Below, in pieces: positions 1 through 12,681 of a stretch of DNA of 63,574 nt; position 1 is the stretch's first letter; each line of letters starts with the position of its first letter. The stretch covers positions 126,905,943-126,969,516 of the forward strand of contig NC_068984.1 of assembly GCF_001194135.2 (NCBI RefSeq), in the 5' to 3' direction. Both the position numbers and the translations under genes were made by a program. The notes under the pieces are model-generated. The model was not told the DNA's origin, made no database searches, and saw only the letters and a list, made by a program, of their open reading frames with translations. The DNA comes from Octopus bimaculoides. Its lineage: Eukaryota.

Positions 1-261
1 TATATGCATATCTTCACTGAGTGTGTTTGCACTTATTTTCTGTATGTATGATTTTTTTATAATGGATGTGTGGGCGTGTTTGTGTGTGTGTTTGTTCACT
101 GTGTATATATATTTTGTGCAAGTAATTTGATGACGTGAGTGTTACTTGTACTTGCGTATGTGTACACACCAATCAATAAATCAATCTATCCATCTATCTA
201 CCTACTTACCTATTTATTTATCTGTAAGTCTCTCTGTATCTACCTAATTATTGCCGGTCTT

Positions 262-306
262 TCTTCAAATCTATCTATCTATCTATCTAGCAATCTATCT
301 ACCTAC

Positions 307-369
<63 letters not shown>
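262..369. repeat. (TCTA)n microsatellite
   Basis: Direct tandem TATC/TCTA run. The same motif recurs at ~9985-10058 and ~10280-10340. Confidence 0.95.
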
Positions 370-439
370 GTTAACCTACAATATGAATAAATCCATATAT
401 ATTTACATTCATATACACTATACACAGTTATGTGTGTGT

Positions 440-860
440 GTTTGCGCGCGCGTGTGTGTAGGACCGATTTTAAGCCAATTAAAATTCAAATTGAGCCCCG
501 CGCCAAGAGAGCTCCACCTCCCACCGCGCCGAGAGACGGCCCCACATACACGATCGAGCGGAGGACACTTTGATGAATTTTTGGTTTATCATTGTGGTTA
601 ATGGTAGAGCCTCAACTCTTTTTGCCTAGGACTGGCGTACTACATTAAGCATAAAACATCAATCTTCAACTTTTGTAGAGTAGAAGACCCCAGACTTCCT
701 AGCACCGGCCCTAGTGTGTCTGTGTTTCTGTGGGGCGGGGGGTGGGGTGTATATAGCTTTGCTTTAACCCCTACACACACTTTCAAGCGTTCCTCTAATG
801 TATGCGCATTAATTGGGTGAAATAACGTCCCCTGTATATGTTCCGGTACTACAACAAATA
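440..860. promoter_or_regulatory. Possible Pol II promoter-like, CpG-richer patch
   Basis: Locally GC/CpG-rich and not obviously repeat-derived. Contains TTTGCGCGC (E2F-like, ~441), AGCCAAT (~473), GGGGCGGGG (~731) and TTCCGG followed by ACTACAA (~842-855). Motifs only; no TSS evidence and direction unknown. Confidence 0.35.
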
Positions 861-1134
861 CAATAGTTTAACACCCTCTTAAAGTTTAGTCCTTTTCTGT
901 CAATAAGAGAAAGGGTTGTTACCCATAATCTGTTCATATCCTTCTAGACAAACAAGAGGAACTCATCGCATAAAGTCAAATTTGAAATCACCCGTGAACG
1001 TAGTTTCTAAAAATCTACATGTATGAAATACATAAGACCTAACTACTAAATTAATATAATTAGCATGAATTTTAATTTGTAAAATTAAAGATTCGTTATT
1101 TTTCTCTGCCCAGATGCAAAGACTAGCAATTCAT

Positions 1135-1450
1135 CAGGGCCGGATTGAAACTCATAGAGGCCCTACGCACTTAAAAGATTTTGGTAAGCCCATATATATG
1201 TAATTCAAAATATAAACGATAATAAACCATAAAAGAAATTTTCATTTTTCAAACTGAAGCAAAACTAGCAGTACGATGGGAAATAATATTCATTTTTGTA
1301 TACTTCCAACTTATATTTGAAAAGACTTTTCTTTTTTTATAATTGCAAAGTCTTTGATCAGATCCTCTCTATGATACTGTGAACACTTCGAAATTATATT
1401 TCCGATTATATAAACCATTTCGAATATTATTTTAGGAAGCTTAAAGTGAT
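1135..1450 (-). mobile_element. hAT-like transposon 3' end remnant
   Basis: The terminus CAGGGCCGGATT at 1135 is a hAT-type end. The minus-strand ORF ends ...EDLIKDFAIIKKEK, resembling hAT transposase C-termini (DxIxxFAxxKxRK). Weak similarity. Confidence 0.35.
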
Positions 1451-1599
1451 TTCGTAGTTTATTCACATATTGGTCTTCACTCTGAACCGGATTTAGGCCA
1501 TTTCTAACTCTATCCACCAGTTAATGCGACAACTATGTACAGGCAAGCCAGCCAGCTAACCCACAAAACGTTAATGTTGCGAGTGATAAAAATTAATGG

Positions 1600-1950
1600 T
1601 ATGAGAGGTAAGAGGAGGCATCTCAGGCAGTTAAAGGGATAACCAATAACTTCCTGCTAGCTATATCCTCTAATATCTTCTTCAACAACTCCTTAAGTTT
1701 CAGTAGCGCCAAGGGTGTAAAATCGAAAATCACAGCTTAATAAAAACATCATATCCTACCATTAACTGAGAGGCAGTTATCCATTATTGCAATGTTTGAA
1801 ACATGATCACCAGGAAAACAAAGGATGTCTTTGTGTATCACATGACCTGCAAAATCTATCGAATCTCCCACTGCAACTAGGTCTTTTGGTAATTTGCCAA
1901 GTGGATCTTGTCTTACCGCCATTCCACAATCAAGTGTTGGCTGTGAAACG
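1600..1950 (-). mobile_element. Degenerate Ty3/Gypsy pol remnant (RT end and RT-RNase H connection)
   Basis: Manual minus-strand translation gives VGDSIDFAGHVIHKD (cf. the RT FxGHvI motif). It is followed downstream by AVIFDFTPLALLKLKELL...PLTA*DASSY (cf. FxWT..FxxLKxxL...TDASxxG). Confidence 0.45.
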
Positions 1951-2534
1951 TAGTACTTCTGCTACTTACAGATAAGTAAAGCCCGTTTCATTCCTACTCC
2001 ATACTATATACACACAGACACACGCACGCGCACGTGCACACACACATACACACACACTCACACACACTAGCAAACGATTGCAACGGAGGAGACACACACT
2101 AGCCATTCATAAAACACACAAAGACTGAACTTTACATTTAAACATTATTTGGGGGGTCAAAATTTTCGTCGCATTAACTGCAACCTGGTCACTGACACGG
2201 TTCCACACTGCAATTGTTTTAGTTTCAATACACGGTCTTAAATCATATTACCTGGCAAGAATACTTTTGACGTATAATAATAAAAAAAAACATTCATTAA
2301 TTATACGCTCCCTAAGTCTCACCTTTATATACCCTCTATAGTAACTCATCTGGATACCTCAATCCAACATAGGCACTGGACTAGACGATATTTTGTTTTC
2401 TTCCAAAACAAATGTTCACCTACCCTTATCCTTTATCTTTCACTTGTTTCAGTCATTAGACTGCGGCCATGCTAAGGCACTTTTCAAACTCCCTTTCTCT
2501 CTCTTCTTGTGAAAGTATAATACACGTGCGCGCG

Positions 2535-2565
<31 letters not shown>

Positions 2566-2632
2566 GCACGCACGCACGCACACACACAAGACAGGATGGG
2601 CTACGGCTGGTGTGCCTTTAAGAATAGGGCTG

Positions 2633-3353
2633 GGATCTTTTTTAAAACGGGGGCCACATTTTTCATTAACGAAACACTTTGAAACTTGGAACACTGGTAG
2701 AATGTGTCATATAAAACATCTTTTTCTCTTAGTCTTCTTTAAAAAAAAAGAAATCCATAAGTTATTCCATGTTGAAGTTGTCGTATTTCTGTAATTTCAA
2801 CCAATCACTGACGTCCATTCAGCCGATATACATTAAGTGCCGACTACATAAACANNNNNNNNNNNNNNNNNNNNNNNNNNNNNNNNNNNNNNNNNNNNNN
2901 NNNNNNNNNNNNNNNNNNNNNNNNNNNNNNNNNNNNNNNNNNNNNNNNNNNNNNNNNNNNNNNNNNNNNNNNNNNNNNNNNNNNNNNNNNNNNNNNNNNN
3001 NNNNNNNNNNNNNNNNNNNNNNNNNNNNNNNAGGGTTAGGGTTAGGGTTAGGGTTAGGGTTAAAGCAAATTTAAAATGAAAAAAGCAAATAAAACGAAGG
3101 TATGGAGATTAAATACGCTTTACATCGCTTAATCAGCCAAAGGAGTAAATATAAACAACTGAATACTTGTCAGTGATTGGTTGAAATTATCGAAATAAGA
3201 CAATTTTTTACATGAAATAAATTCGAATACAAAAATATTTTTCTGTTCTATAACACAAAATAGATAAGTATACGAAGTTTGAAAGTCTTTCCGTACCAAA
3301 AACACTACGTAAAACATTAATGAAAAATGTGGCCCCCGTTTTAAAATAGATCC
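2633..3353. mobile_element. Non-autonomous TIR element with 8-bp TSD (Merlin-like or hAT-like) and internal TTAGGG repeats
   Basis: ~39-bp TIRs (GGATCTTTTTTAAAACGGGGGCCACATTTTTCATTAA, with its inverted copy ending at 3353). Flanked by the direct repeat TAGGGCTG at 2625-2632 and 3354-3361. An inner inverted motif TTTCAACCAATCACTGAC is also present. (TTAGGG)n lies at 3032-3061 next to an N-gap. Confidence 0.85.
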
Positions 3354-3634
3354 TAGGGCTGTTCTCTCAGGTTTGACTTACTTTAAACATGACACGAACA
3401 AAAACTAAGAAAACTTTACGGGGGCGCTCAACCAGCTATATCTCCTTTAGCGTTACACAACTGTTTAGAAAAAAAAGGCACAGCGTATAATATAGTTTTA
3501 GATACATTTGGCTTACGTTTACACGTACGTCTATGTGTATAATATATACATACTACAGTGTTACTCACTATATGACGGGTAACATTCTAGCACACTTTTA
3601 CCCCTACAGATAATAGCAGGGAAGAGAGAATATA

Positions 3635-3759
3635 CAGGGTGTTCACAAAGTTTGGGTACCTGGAGTAAATAAAATCATAACATAAACAATTAAATATAAG
3701 AAATAATGATTTCTTAAAGTATGTGTTAATCCCCATGTACCCAGACTTTGTAGACACTG
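3635..3759. mobile_element. Tc1/mariner-type MITE
   Basis: TIRs CAGGGTGTTCACAAAGTTTGGGTAC and GTACCCAGACTTTGTAGACACTG, with TA on both sides. Confidence 0.75.
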
Positions 3760-3821
3760 TATATACAATGATTATAATTTAACTTTAATCAAACGTTTTA
3801 GTGCTTATACAAAATTATTCT

Positions 3822-3929
3822 TTTCTACTCTAGGCACAAGGCCTGAAATTTGGGGGAGGGGGGGCAGTCGATTAGATCGACACCAGTACACAACCGGTAC
3901 TTAATTTATCGATCCCGAAAGGATGAAAG
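3822..3929 (-). mobile_element. tRNA-derived SINE, 3' part (Nin/Deu-like central domain family)
   Basis: Matches many other copies in the window. The family carries CTTTCATCCTTTCGGGGTCGATAAATTAAGTACCAG. Cut off by an N-gap. Confidence 0.8.
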
Positions 3930-4625
3930 NNNNNNNNNNNNNNNNNNNNNNNNNNNNNNNNNNNNNNNNNNNNNNNNNNNNNNNNNNNNNNNNNNNNNNN
4001 NNNNNNNNNNNNNNNNNNNNNNNNNNNNNNNNNNNNNNNNNNNNNNNNNNNNNNNNNNNNNNNNNNNNNNNNNNNNNNNNNNNNNNNNNNNNNNNNNNNN
4101 NNNNNNNNNNNNNNNNNNNNNNNNNNNNNNNNNNNNNNNNNNNNNNNNNNNNNNNNNNNNNNNNNNNNNNNNNNNNNNNNNNNNNNNNNNNNNNNNNNNN
4201 NNNNNNNNNNNNNNNNNNNNNNNNNNNNNNNNNNNNNNNNNNNNNNNNNNNNNNNNNNNNNNNNNNNNNNNNNNNNNNNNNNNNNNNNNNNNNNNNNNNN
4301 NNNNNNNNNNNNNNNNNNNNNNNNNNNNNNNNNNNNNNNNNNNNNNNNNNNNNNNNNNNNNNNNNNNNNNNNNNNNNNNNNNNNNNNNNNNNNNNNNNNN
4401 NNNNNNNNNNNNNNNNNNNNNNNNNNNNNNNNNNNNNNNNNNNNNNNNNNNNNNNNNNNNNNNNNNNNNNNNNNNNNNNNNNNNNNNNNNNNNNNNNNNN
4501 NNNNNNNNNNNNNNNNNNNNNNNNNNNNNNNNNNNNNNNNNNNNNNNNNNNNNNNNNNNNNNNNNNNNNNNNNNNNNNNNNNNNNNNNNNNNNNNNNNNN
4601 NNNNNNNNNNNNNNNNNNNNNNNNN

Positions 4626-4849
4626 AATAAAAAAATATTCAGACAAATACATAACAAAAACACCAGGACTTACAAATATATATAACATACAGAAAATTGC
4701 ACTACTGGGTACTGCACACATTCTACGCAAAACACTTTCAATACAGTAAACATAAGAGCACCACAGCAAACCACAGCACATACCCAAGGCGCACAGAGCT
4801 GCGCTCGGTAGTGAAGTGAAAGCACGTTATAAAAATAAAACTACTGAAC

Positions 4850-4920
<71 letters not shown>
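4626..4920 (+). mobile_element. R4/Dong-clade non-LTR retrotransposon 3' end
   Basis: IQKIALLGTAHILRKTLSIQ* is the typical C-terminus of the restriction-like endonuclease ORF. It is followed by a short 3' UTR and a (TAA)n tail. Confidence 0.8.
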
Positions 4921-4924
<4 letters not shown>

Positions 4925-4926
4925 GA

Positions 4927-5500
4927 TTGAGTGAGAGAGCAGTGCATTGGGGTAACACTGGGGTAAAATATACGAATCCCAGTATACCCATCATGACTGC
5001 CTGTTTGATGAGTAAACCAGGCACATGCATCACAACCGTATGTGCACGACATGGTCATCTTATATCAAGATCAACAGCGCATGACCTTGCAGGTGGGACC
5101 CAGTTAGAATTTTCTTCGGGTTGAGTAGCCCATCCTGCTCAAATGGTCCCCGAATAAAGGTCGCTTGAGGATGTTGAACGAAACACCCATATTTCCAAAG
5201 GTGAATTATCCAAACCCCAAAGAATTCTTCTCAACACATGGCTATAATGCTCTCCCACTACTTCTGCTCGTGATCAGAGATGCACATATTGTCAGCCACC
5301 AAGGGACATGCTCAACTGGTTAAGGTCAAATAACTAACAAGCAAATCTGTGGTACTGAGCAGAATATTTGCTGTAGTCCATCTTTTATACCAAGACAAAA
5401 CAATGTACATGATAACACTTCCAACCAGTTAAGATCAGACGCCATGAGAGCCTGTACCTGGTACCTCAAAAGCTATGAGAGCCACTGCCTGGTATTAGCC
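4927..5500. mobile_element. Interspersed repeat of unassigned family, flanked by microsatellites
   Basis: Complex non-coding block between (TTA)n and (CTA)n tracts, resembling a retroposon-derived repeat. Family not established. Confidence 0.4.
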
Positions 5501-5505
5501 ACTAC

Positions 5506-5540
<35 letters not shown>

Positions 5541-5541
<1 letters not shown>

Positions 5542-6150
5542 TACGTTTGACTTTTGTTTTGTATTTATACACGTGGACTCCAAGTCTAACCCAGAGACCT
5601 CAAGAGACAACAAATGACTAGGGTGTCATATATTTGGTTTTGCACAAAGTATTGTTCTAGAAAATGTTTAAAAAATGTTATGGGTAACTATAAGTTTGTT
5701 TTAAAATTTGAGATTACATAATAGTATTTTACGTAGGATATGGGCAGTTCACATGAGCACTATTTTTTGAATTTCTGCCATTTTTGGAATTCCTGGTATC
5801 TGAACTAGGTATCAATTATCCCCTTTTGCGATCGTTCCTAGGGCACCTATGACAACAGGTATTGTTTTAGTCTTGAGGTTCCACATTCTGCCAACTTCTA
5901 TTTCAAGATCTTTATACTTGCTCAGTTTTTGGTGGGTCTTGACAGATACATTTATGTCGATTGAGACGATCATATCGATGAGGAGGCATGATTCTTGTCT
6001 ATCTGGTCTATTCCCATCTATCTTTCTGTCAGTTTGAACGGTGAAGTTCCAGAGGAGTGAGATGTGGTCATTTTCAAGCATTGGAGGTGGTTTGTGTTCC
6101 CACCAGTTTTTATCATGGGGCAGGTCCAAGTTTTTGCAAATTACCCAGTG
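5541..6150 (-). mobile_element. R4/Dong-clade LINE 3' fragment (restriction-like endonuclease domain)
   Basis: ORF 5812-6129 contains LWNFTVQTDRKIDGNRPD...IDM...KLSKYKDLEIEVGRMWNLKTKTIPVVIGALG. It continues, with stops, to EIQKIVLM*TAHILRKIL. (TAG)n tail; the 5' end abuts (TAA)n on the element strand. Confidence 0.85.
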
Positions 6151-6157
6151 AATATTA

Positions 6158-6218
<61 letters not shown>

Positions 6219-6834
6219 CATTATTATTATTATTATTATTATTATTTTAGTAAGCGTACATGTTTAACCTATCTATGAAGAACAGATGCTGTGAGGTTAC
6301 ACCACATATTTTTGTTGCTTCAGTCAAAAAACGATCGTTTTAACTATTTCAGCATTTCTTTTACCACATCATCAGAGATCAATTAGTCATTTTCCTCACC
6401 ATAGACAGAATAGTAGCTAATAAATTATATCTATTAATAGTATACACAAACTCGAACAAAACTAGTTCTTTTATGAATTAATTATTTCACATTGCTAACG
6501 ATTTCATTCCAACACAATTTAGGACAAACCAATTTTAGTCTGTCCGAAGATTGCGTATATTATAAATAGATATAAACTATTTTGTCTGTTATGAGGAAAA
6601 TGAGTAAGAAAAATCTGACGAAGTTAAAAACATTGAAGCTGGTTATGTCTACTGTTTTCTGTTGCTACAAAAAGAAAAATATGTTTTTACCAGAGCAACT
6701 GCGTTTCACAAGGTTCACATACACATGCGCGCACGCAAACACACACATATACACATACACACAAGTAAGTTCATCTCTTGAATTAATCTACGTATGTTAG
6801 AATGGTTATCCTAACATCGGGTAGTGTTTTTAAT

Positions 6835-7122
6835 AACAATAATGACGATTTGAATTGGGAAATCAAAAGACTGTGGTCGTTCAAGAAGGTGAGTGCTATA
6901 CCTGTTGTTGTTGGAGCCTTGCGTACGTTATGTAACAATATTGCAAACTAAATTGGAGAGACAGGAGGCAATGTAAAGAGATAGTGTTCTATGGAATTAC
7001 GCGAATCCTCGCAGAATTTTCGAAATCTGAATGAAGTGTGTTACCTTAGTCTACTGGTCGTGGACAGTTGACACTTTGTTATGTCCCTCAGCTAAGTTAC
7101 TGTGTAAAACAAGATGATGATG

Positions 7123-7155
<33 letters not shown>
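6835..7155 (+). mobile_element. R4/Dong-clade LINE 3' fragment, decayed
   Basis: Translates NDDLNWEIKRLWSFKKVSAIPVVVGALRT and ends in a (GAT)n(AAT)n tail. Confidence 0.7.
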
Positions 7156-7175
<20 letters not shown>

Positions 7176-7388
7176 CCGTTTTACTAAAGGCGCAAGGCCT
7201 GAAATTTTGGGGGAAGGTACTAGCCGATTACATCGACCCCAGTGCTCGACTGGAACTTATTTTTATTGACTTCGCAAGGATGAAAGGTAAAATAGACTTC
7301 GGCGGAATTTGAACATAGAACGTAAGGACAGACGAAATGCCGCTAAGCATTTTGCCCGGCGTGTTAATGATTCTGCCAACTCACCGCC

Positions 7389-7441
<53 letters not shown>

Positions 7442-7545
7442 CCTTTCTACTATAGGCACAAGGACTGAAATTTTGGGGGAGGGGGCTAGTCGATTACATC
7501 GACCCCAGTGCGTAACTGGTACTTATTTCATCGACCCCGAAAGTC
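7156..7545 (-). mobile_element. Two Nin/Deu-like SINE copies separated by (TAA)n
   Basis: A near-full copy at ~7156-7390 and a 3' part at ~7441-7545, both similar to other copies in the window. Confidence 0.8.
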
Positions 7546-7849
7546 GTATTAGAAAGATTTAATTTAATATTTTTCTAAATGTGTTCAATATAAAGATGAA
7601 AACTAATTATCTACTGGATAAATAACAAATAACAAGGTAAAATTACATGTGTTATGTTATATATGTATAATGAAATATTACTTCATAATTTTGTTATGTA
7701 TTACGTTTCGTTTACTGCAAGGTACATAATGATTAATGAGTATATGAAATTATTTGATGAATTGTTGTTTTACGTGGTATTGGTTTCACGTTCAGGAAAA
7801 TATCAACTCAGTGAACTGTAATTTTTGGTGTTCAAAAAGCTTTGTCTGA

Positions 7850-8420
7850 ATCATTTGGCAAACCAAGCAGACCACGTGCCAAAATTCTCCAAGCTTAACA
7901 CATGATTCATCGTCTTTGTGTTGCATCTCCGTTTACATTTAACAATGTCGTACAATGTACAGCTGCCAGCAATAGTAACATGCAGTTCTAAGACAATTAG
8001 ACATCGATTGTAGGATAACTTCAATCTAGTCACAAGACGTCCAACGAAAAATTCCTAAACCATCTAAAAAAATATCCAGGATTGTCTGCAATTTTTGCAT
8101 GGGCTACAGAAACTGAATAAAGTTGGACTTCCTCGAAGCTCCTTTCGTTCATCGTCCATAACATTCATTGAATAATCCTAGGTATATAATTCTGAGAGTT
8201 GAGCAATGCCCATTCGTTATGATGTTAGCGAGAGGACATTTCTGTACCGGAAAGAGCTGGTATTTGGACAATGTCTCATAAACACGAAAAACTAGCCTAG
8301 ATATTTTAGAGAAGTTACCTCATCTGCAATTGCACTATGTTCCAGCAGAGTGATGCTTCCAATTAAAATGCGTGAATAAGCAAATGGCTTAACGTTAATG
8401 ATATTAAAAATAAAATTTGG
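7850..8420 (+). mobile_element. Degenerate Tc1-like transposase remnant
   Basis: Manual translation SKTIRHRL*DNFNLVTRRPTKN...KNIQDCLQF resembles the Tc1 HTH-linker (TVRRRL...RRPxKKP..K..RLxF). Many stops and frameshifts. Confidence 0.5.
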
Positions 8421-9492
8421 CAAAAGCTCCCTTTAGTCACGAATAACCATGGGATTTCACCTAAAAAGCTCCCCTCAGAAGCACAAGTCGGGGCAAGGTT
8501 GCTTGTGGAAGACCAGCAGTCACCCAGTTTCCCCTCTCCACGCTACTGATATTGTACAAGGAAAAGGCCGATGCAGCTTGGCACTAATGGCGTCGCTACT
8601 CATTTCTACANNNNNNNNNNNNNNNNNNNNNNNNNNNNNNNNNNNNNNNNNNNNNNNNNNNNNNNNNNNNNNNNNNNNNNNNNNNNNNNNNNNNNNNNNN
8701 NNNNNNNNNNNNNNNNNNNNNNNNNNNNNNNNNNNNNNNNNNNNNNNNNNNNNNNNNNNNNNNNNNNNNNNNNNNNNNNNNNNNNNNNNNNNNNNNNNNN
8801 NNNNNNNNNNNNNNNNNNNNNNNNNNNNNNNNNNNNNNNNNNNNNNNNNNNNNNNNNNNNNNNNNNNNNNNNNNNNNNNNNNNNNNNNNNNNNNNNNNNN
8901 NNNNNNNNNNNNNNNNNNNNNNNNNNNNNNNNNNNNNNNNNNNNNNNNNNNNNNNNNNNNNNNNNNNNNNNNNNNNNNNNNNNNNNNNNNNNNNNNNNNN
9001 NNNNNNNNNNNNNNNNNNNNNNNNNNNNNNNNNNNNNNNNNNNNNNNNNNNNNNNNNNNNNNNNNNNNNNNNNNNNNNNNNNNNNNNNNNNNNNNNNNNN
9101 NNNNNNNNNNNNNNNNNNNNNNNNNNNNNNNNNNNNNNNNNNNNNNNNNNNNNNNNNNNNNNNNNNNNNNNNNNNNNNNNNNNNNNNNNNNNNNNNNNNN
9201 NNNNNNNNNNNNNNNNNNNNNNNNNNNNNNNNNNNNNNNNNNNNNNNNNNNNNNNNNNNNNNNNNNNNNNNNNNNNNNNNNNNNNNNNNNNNNNNNNNNN
9301 NNNNNNNNNNNNNNNNNNNNNNNNNNNNNCTAATCATTAAATTTTCTGAAGATGATTAGACGCCTGAAACATGAAACGCTTTTTCACTCTCTTAATCTTT
9401 CCTTGAACATCAAACTAGAAACGACGCTTAAAGTTTTTTTTTTTTTCACTTTGTCTTTCCTGTTGTATTCCCGCTTTTTAATTTTGGACCTA

Positions 9493-9532
<40 letters not shown>

Positions 9533-9984
9533 TGTGTGTGCGTACGCGTTTCGTTTATGTAAATTATCTAAACGATAAATTTGTTCTACTCTTATTTGAC
9601 TAAGTGCCTCCTCTACTAGAAATAAGGTAGGATAATTGCTCTGCTAATGATGTCCATTGAGACAGAAAGACGTGTTCCCAGGTGTCTTCTTGTCTCCAGA
9701 CAATCACACTGTCTTTAATTAACGGCACATAAATTTTGAGTAATTATTAATTCTTGAGATTATTTCTCCTTCTCATTTGGAGTTGGTTCCACTTGCTACC
9801 AAGTGATTGTTCTACCATCCTTCGAAGCGAATGTAGTTTCAATAAATCAAGTATCTATATTGCATGGTATTTAATATACCCTTATTCATCTGTGTTGCTC
9901 AAATGCATGCCACTAGCCATTCTGAGGCATTTCTCTTATCTCATTATCTTTTCATATATGTATGCGTGCATATGCATGTGTGTG

Positions 9985-10058
<74 letters not shown>

Positions 10059-10059
<1 letters not shown>

Positions 10060-10277
10060 GGCAGAAATGCTATCACGCCGGCGAAATGCTTAGCGGTATT
10101 TCGTCTGCTGTTACGTTCTGAGTTCAAATTCCGCCGACGTCGACTTTGCCTTTCATCCTTTCGGGGTCGATAAATTAAATACCAGTTACGCACTGGAGTC
10201 GATGTAATCGACTTAATCCCTTTGTCTGTCCTTATTTGTCCCCTCTATGTTTAGCCCCTTGTGGGCAATAAAGAAAT
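10059..10277 (+). mobile_element. Nin/Deu-like tRNA SINE inside a (TCTA)n tract
   Basis: Contains GGCAGAA...GAGTTCAAATTCC (B box) and CTTTCATCCTTTCGGGGTCGATAAA. TCTA repeats on both sides. Confidence 0.85.
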
Positions 10278-10282
10278 GCTAT

Positions 10283-10342
<60 letters not shown>

Positions 10343-11222
10343 ATATATATATATATCTGTCTGTCTGTCTATCTCACATCCCCCTCTCTCTCTCATACAC
10401 ACACACACATACATGCATGCATGCATACATACATACGTAGGTACGTACATACATACGGACAGACAGACATGCATACATATGCCGTTTATGTTTTATATTC
10501 AATCTCATTACGAATAACCAACGCGTAGCTATCCCACATACACACACTCTCTGTGTTTTCCATTACTTTTTTTCTACCACCTTCTCACTACTAACATTTT
10601 GGTTTTCTCCTCTCTGCCCCCCCCTCTCTCTCAGGACGTACATACATGATGTGGTCTCCAGCATACAAGGAAGCGGCTTAGATTCCAAATAAGATCCTTG
10701 ATGTGAAATCGTGTTGAAACTACATTGTCACACTTTGAAAGATCAATTTTACTAATAAAAAATACACGTCCTGGTTGTTATTCACTTCTTTTATTGACGG
10801 GTTTATCAAAAGGTTTTCGTTATATAGCTCTATAAACCTTTTCAATAACTTCTCTGTAATTACTTTGTTGTGTCTCTTTGGTCTTTATATATCAGCTGTG
10901 GCTGTGTTTGTGATGATAGTATGCTTGACTATATGTTTGTAATCAGGTTCTTGCGTGGTACGTGTAATACGTCTATGTGCGTGTTTTCATTTTGTTTGCG
11001 TCATTCTTTTGTTTATATGTTACTGTTTATTTATCTATTATTTATTAATTATTTATTATTTTTGTTACTGTTTATTTATTTATCTACTGGTTTGTCAACC
11101 GAACAGATAATGATCGCTAGGTTGTGGGCGGGGGTATTTTAAAATAGTTTATCCTGTATTCAGTTGCGGCAGGACCATTGTCATTCTACGGTCCATCTAT
11201 ACGTGTGAACGTGGTTAACAGT

Positions 11223-11288
<66 letters not shown>

Positions 11289-11962
11289 TGTGTGCGTGTG
11301 CGTGTGTGTGTGTGTCCCCGCCAGTCTGTCTATCAAAGTGCTCATTATTTTACAGACAGACAGACACACACACACACACACTAGTGTACATGTATCTCTA
11401 TTTTGTTTTTCAGGTAGTATTCACACGATGTACGTTCAAACGCAGCACTTAATACATGGGACGAACTGCTTTTACTTTCAATTTTTGAGACCACATAACA
11501 GCCGTTCGCTTTTTTCAATTTCAAAGACGATGGAAACAGACTTGATGTGGCGTGTAAAATAATATGTGTGTATACATATATTACACACACACACATATAT
11601 ATGTTACATATTTTTCATTGCGCAGTTCAGTGTGTAGAACTAATGAAGAGGGTCACGAGTTCAAATCCTTTTAGGGATGAAAATGCACAAAGACGTTTAT
11701 GAAATATATCTTCTATAACAAAAATTTTACTTCTCTAATAAAGATTTTTAAAATAATAAACCTCGTTCCGTATAAATATACCAGAAGTAAGGATAATCTG
11801 AAGTTTACATAGACAGGAGTGATTATCAAGAAAATTGTAAGATAGTTTATAGAGTAACTCATTTATACTAACCATATGAAATATATACAGTGAAAGTAAA
11901 TAAAGTAAAATTTGTATATTTTGATGTATGTATGTAAGCATGTATGTATGTAAGCATGTATG

Positions 11963-11996
<34 letters not shown>

Positions 11997-12681
11997 GTGA
12001 GTGAAGTGAAGGAATGAAAAGAGACGTGAGATATGCAGGGATATTGAATCTGCAGTTCCATTATTTAAGCAGAATGGCATACGTATAAGTTTCCTGTACC
12101 TTGTGTGTAAGTTCCAATAGTATTTAAAATTGGTCATTTCGAGCATAGAGTTTGTAAACGGTGTTATTGGATCGATCCAAGTCAGAAGTAATGGAAATAT
12201 CGTTTCTTAAATTATATAGGGTTATATAGTCTTCGAATATTCCTAAAAAAATTAAAAGCGGCTTAATTCGTTTTATCCATTTTTTTTTTAGTTACTGGCT
12301 AGCACTGGAAAATTCATTCTTTGTAACTGCTTAAAAAGCAGTGACCGCATTCTTTCATAATTGGCTTATATACCGATTGGGACTGACAGGATATCGAGAT
12401 CATGTGAAAACTTGTTCTGAGTCAAGCTTTCAAGTTAAGGAATCTTGTAGCGAGTCGAGGAAGCTATAAATGAACAAAACAATTATTACGTAGAAACACT
12501 AAGACCAGCTGATTCCAAGGTGAAACCAATAGTGGCAGGAACAAAATCCCCAGTACAACATCTGAGTCACTGTATAGACTTAGTCCTTAAACCTTTATGT
12601 CCCCAAATTCCAAGTTACGTACGCAACAATTTGGATTTCTTGAAATTCATCCTATCAACGATTCCAAATGGCACCATCTTA

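Noticed and set aside
139-390. Low-complexity ORFs ([20 protein letters not shown], poly-I/Y/N repeats) throughout the window
   Set aside because: They are translations of simple sequence repeats, with no coding signal.
3032-3061. (TTAGGG)n as a real telomere or chromosome fusion site
   Set aside because: It is enclosed by TIRs and a TSD, so it is part of a transposon. The same applies to 33985-34112.
3850-4787. Long ORFs in the track here and at 8449-9359, 14595-15749, 20801-21703, 27826-28586, 40540-41158, 44784-45271, 47898-48980, 53048-53744 and 56722-57100
   Set aside because: They are artefacts of N-gaps read as X codons plus flanking microsatellites.
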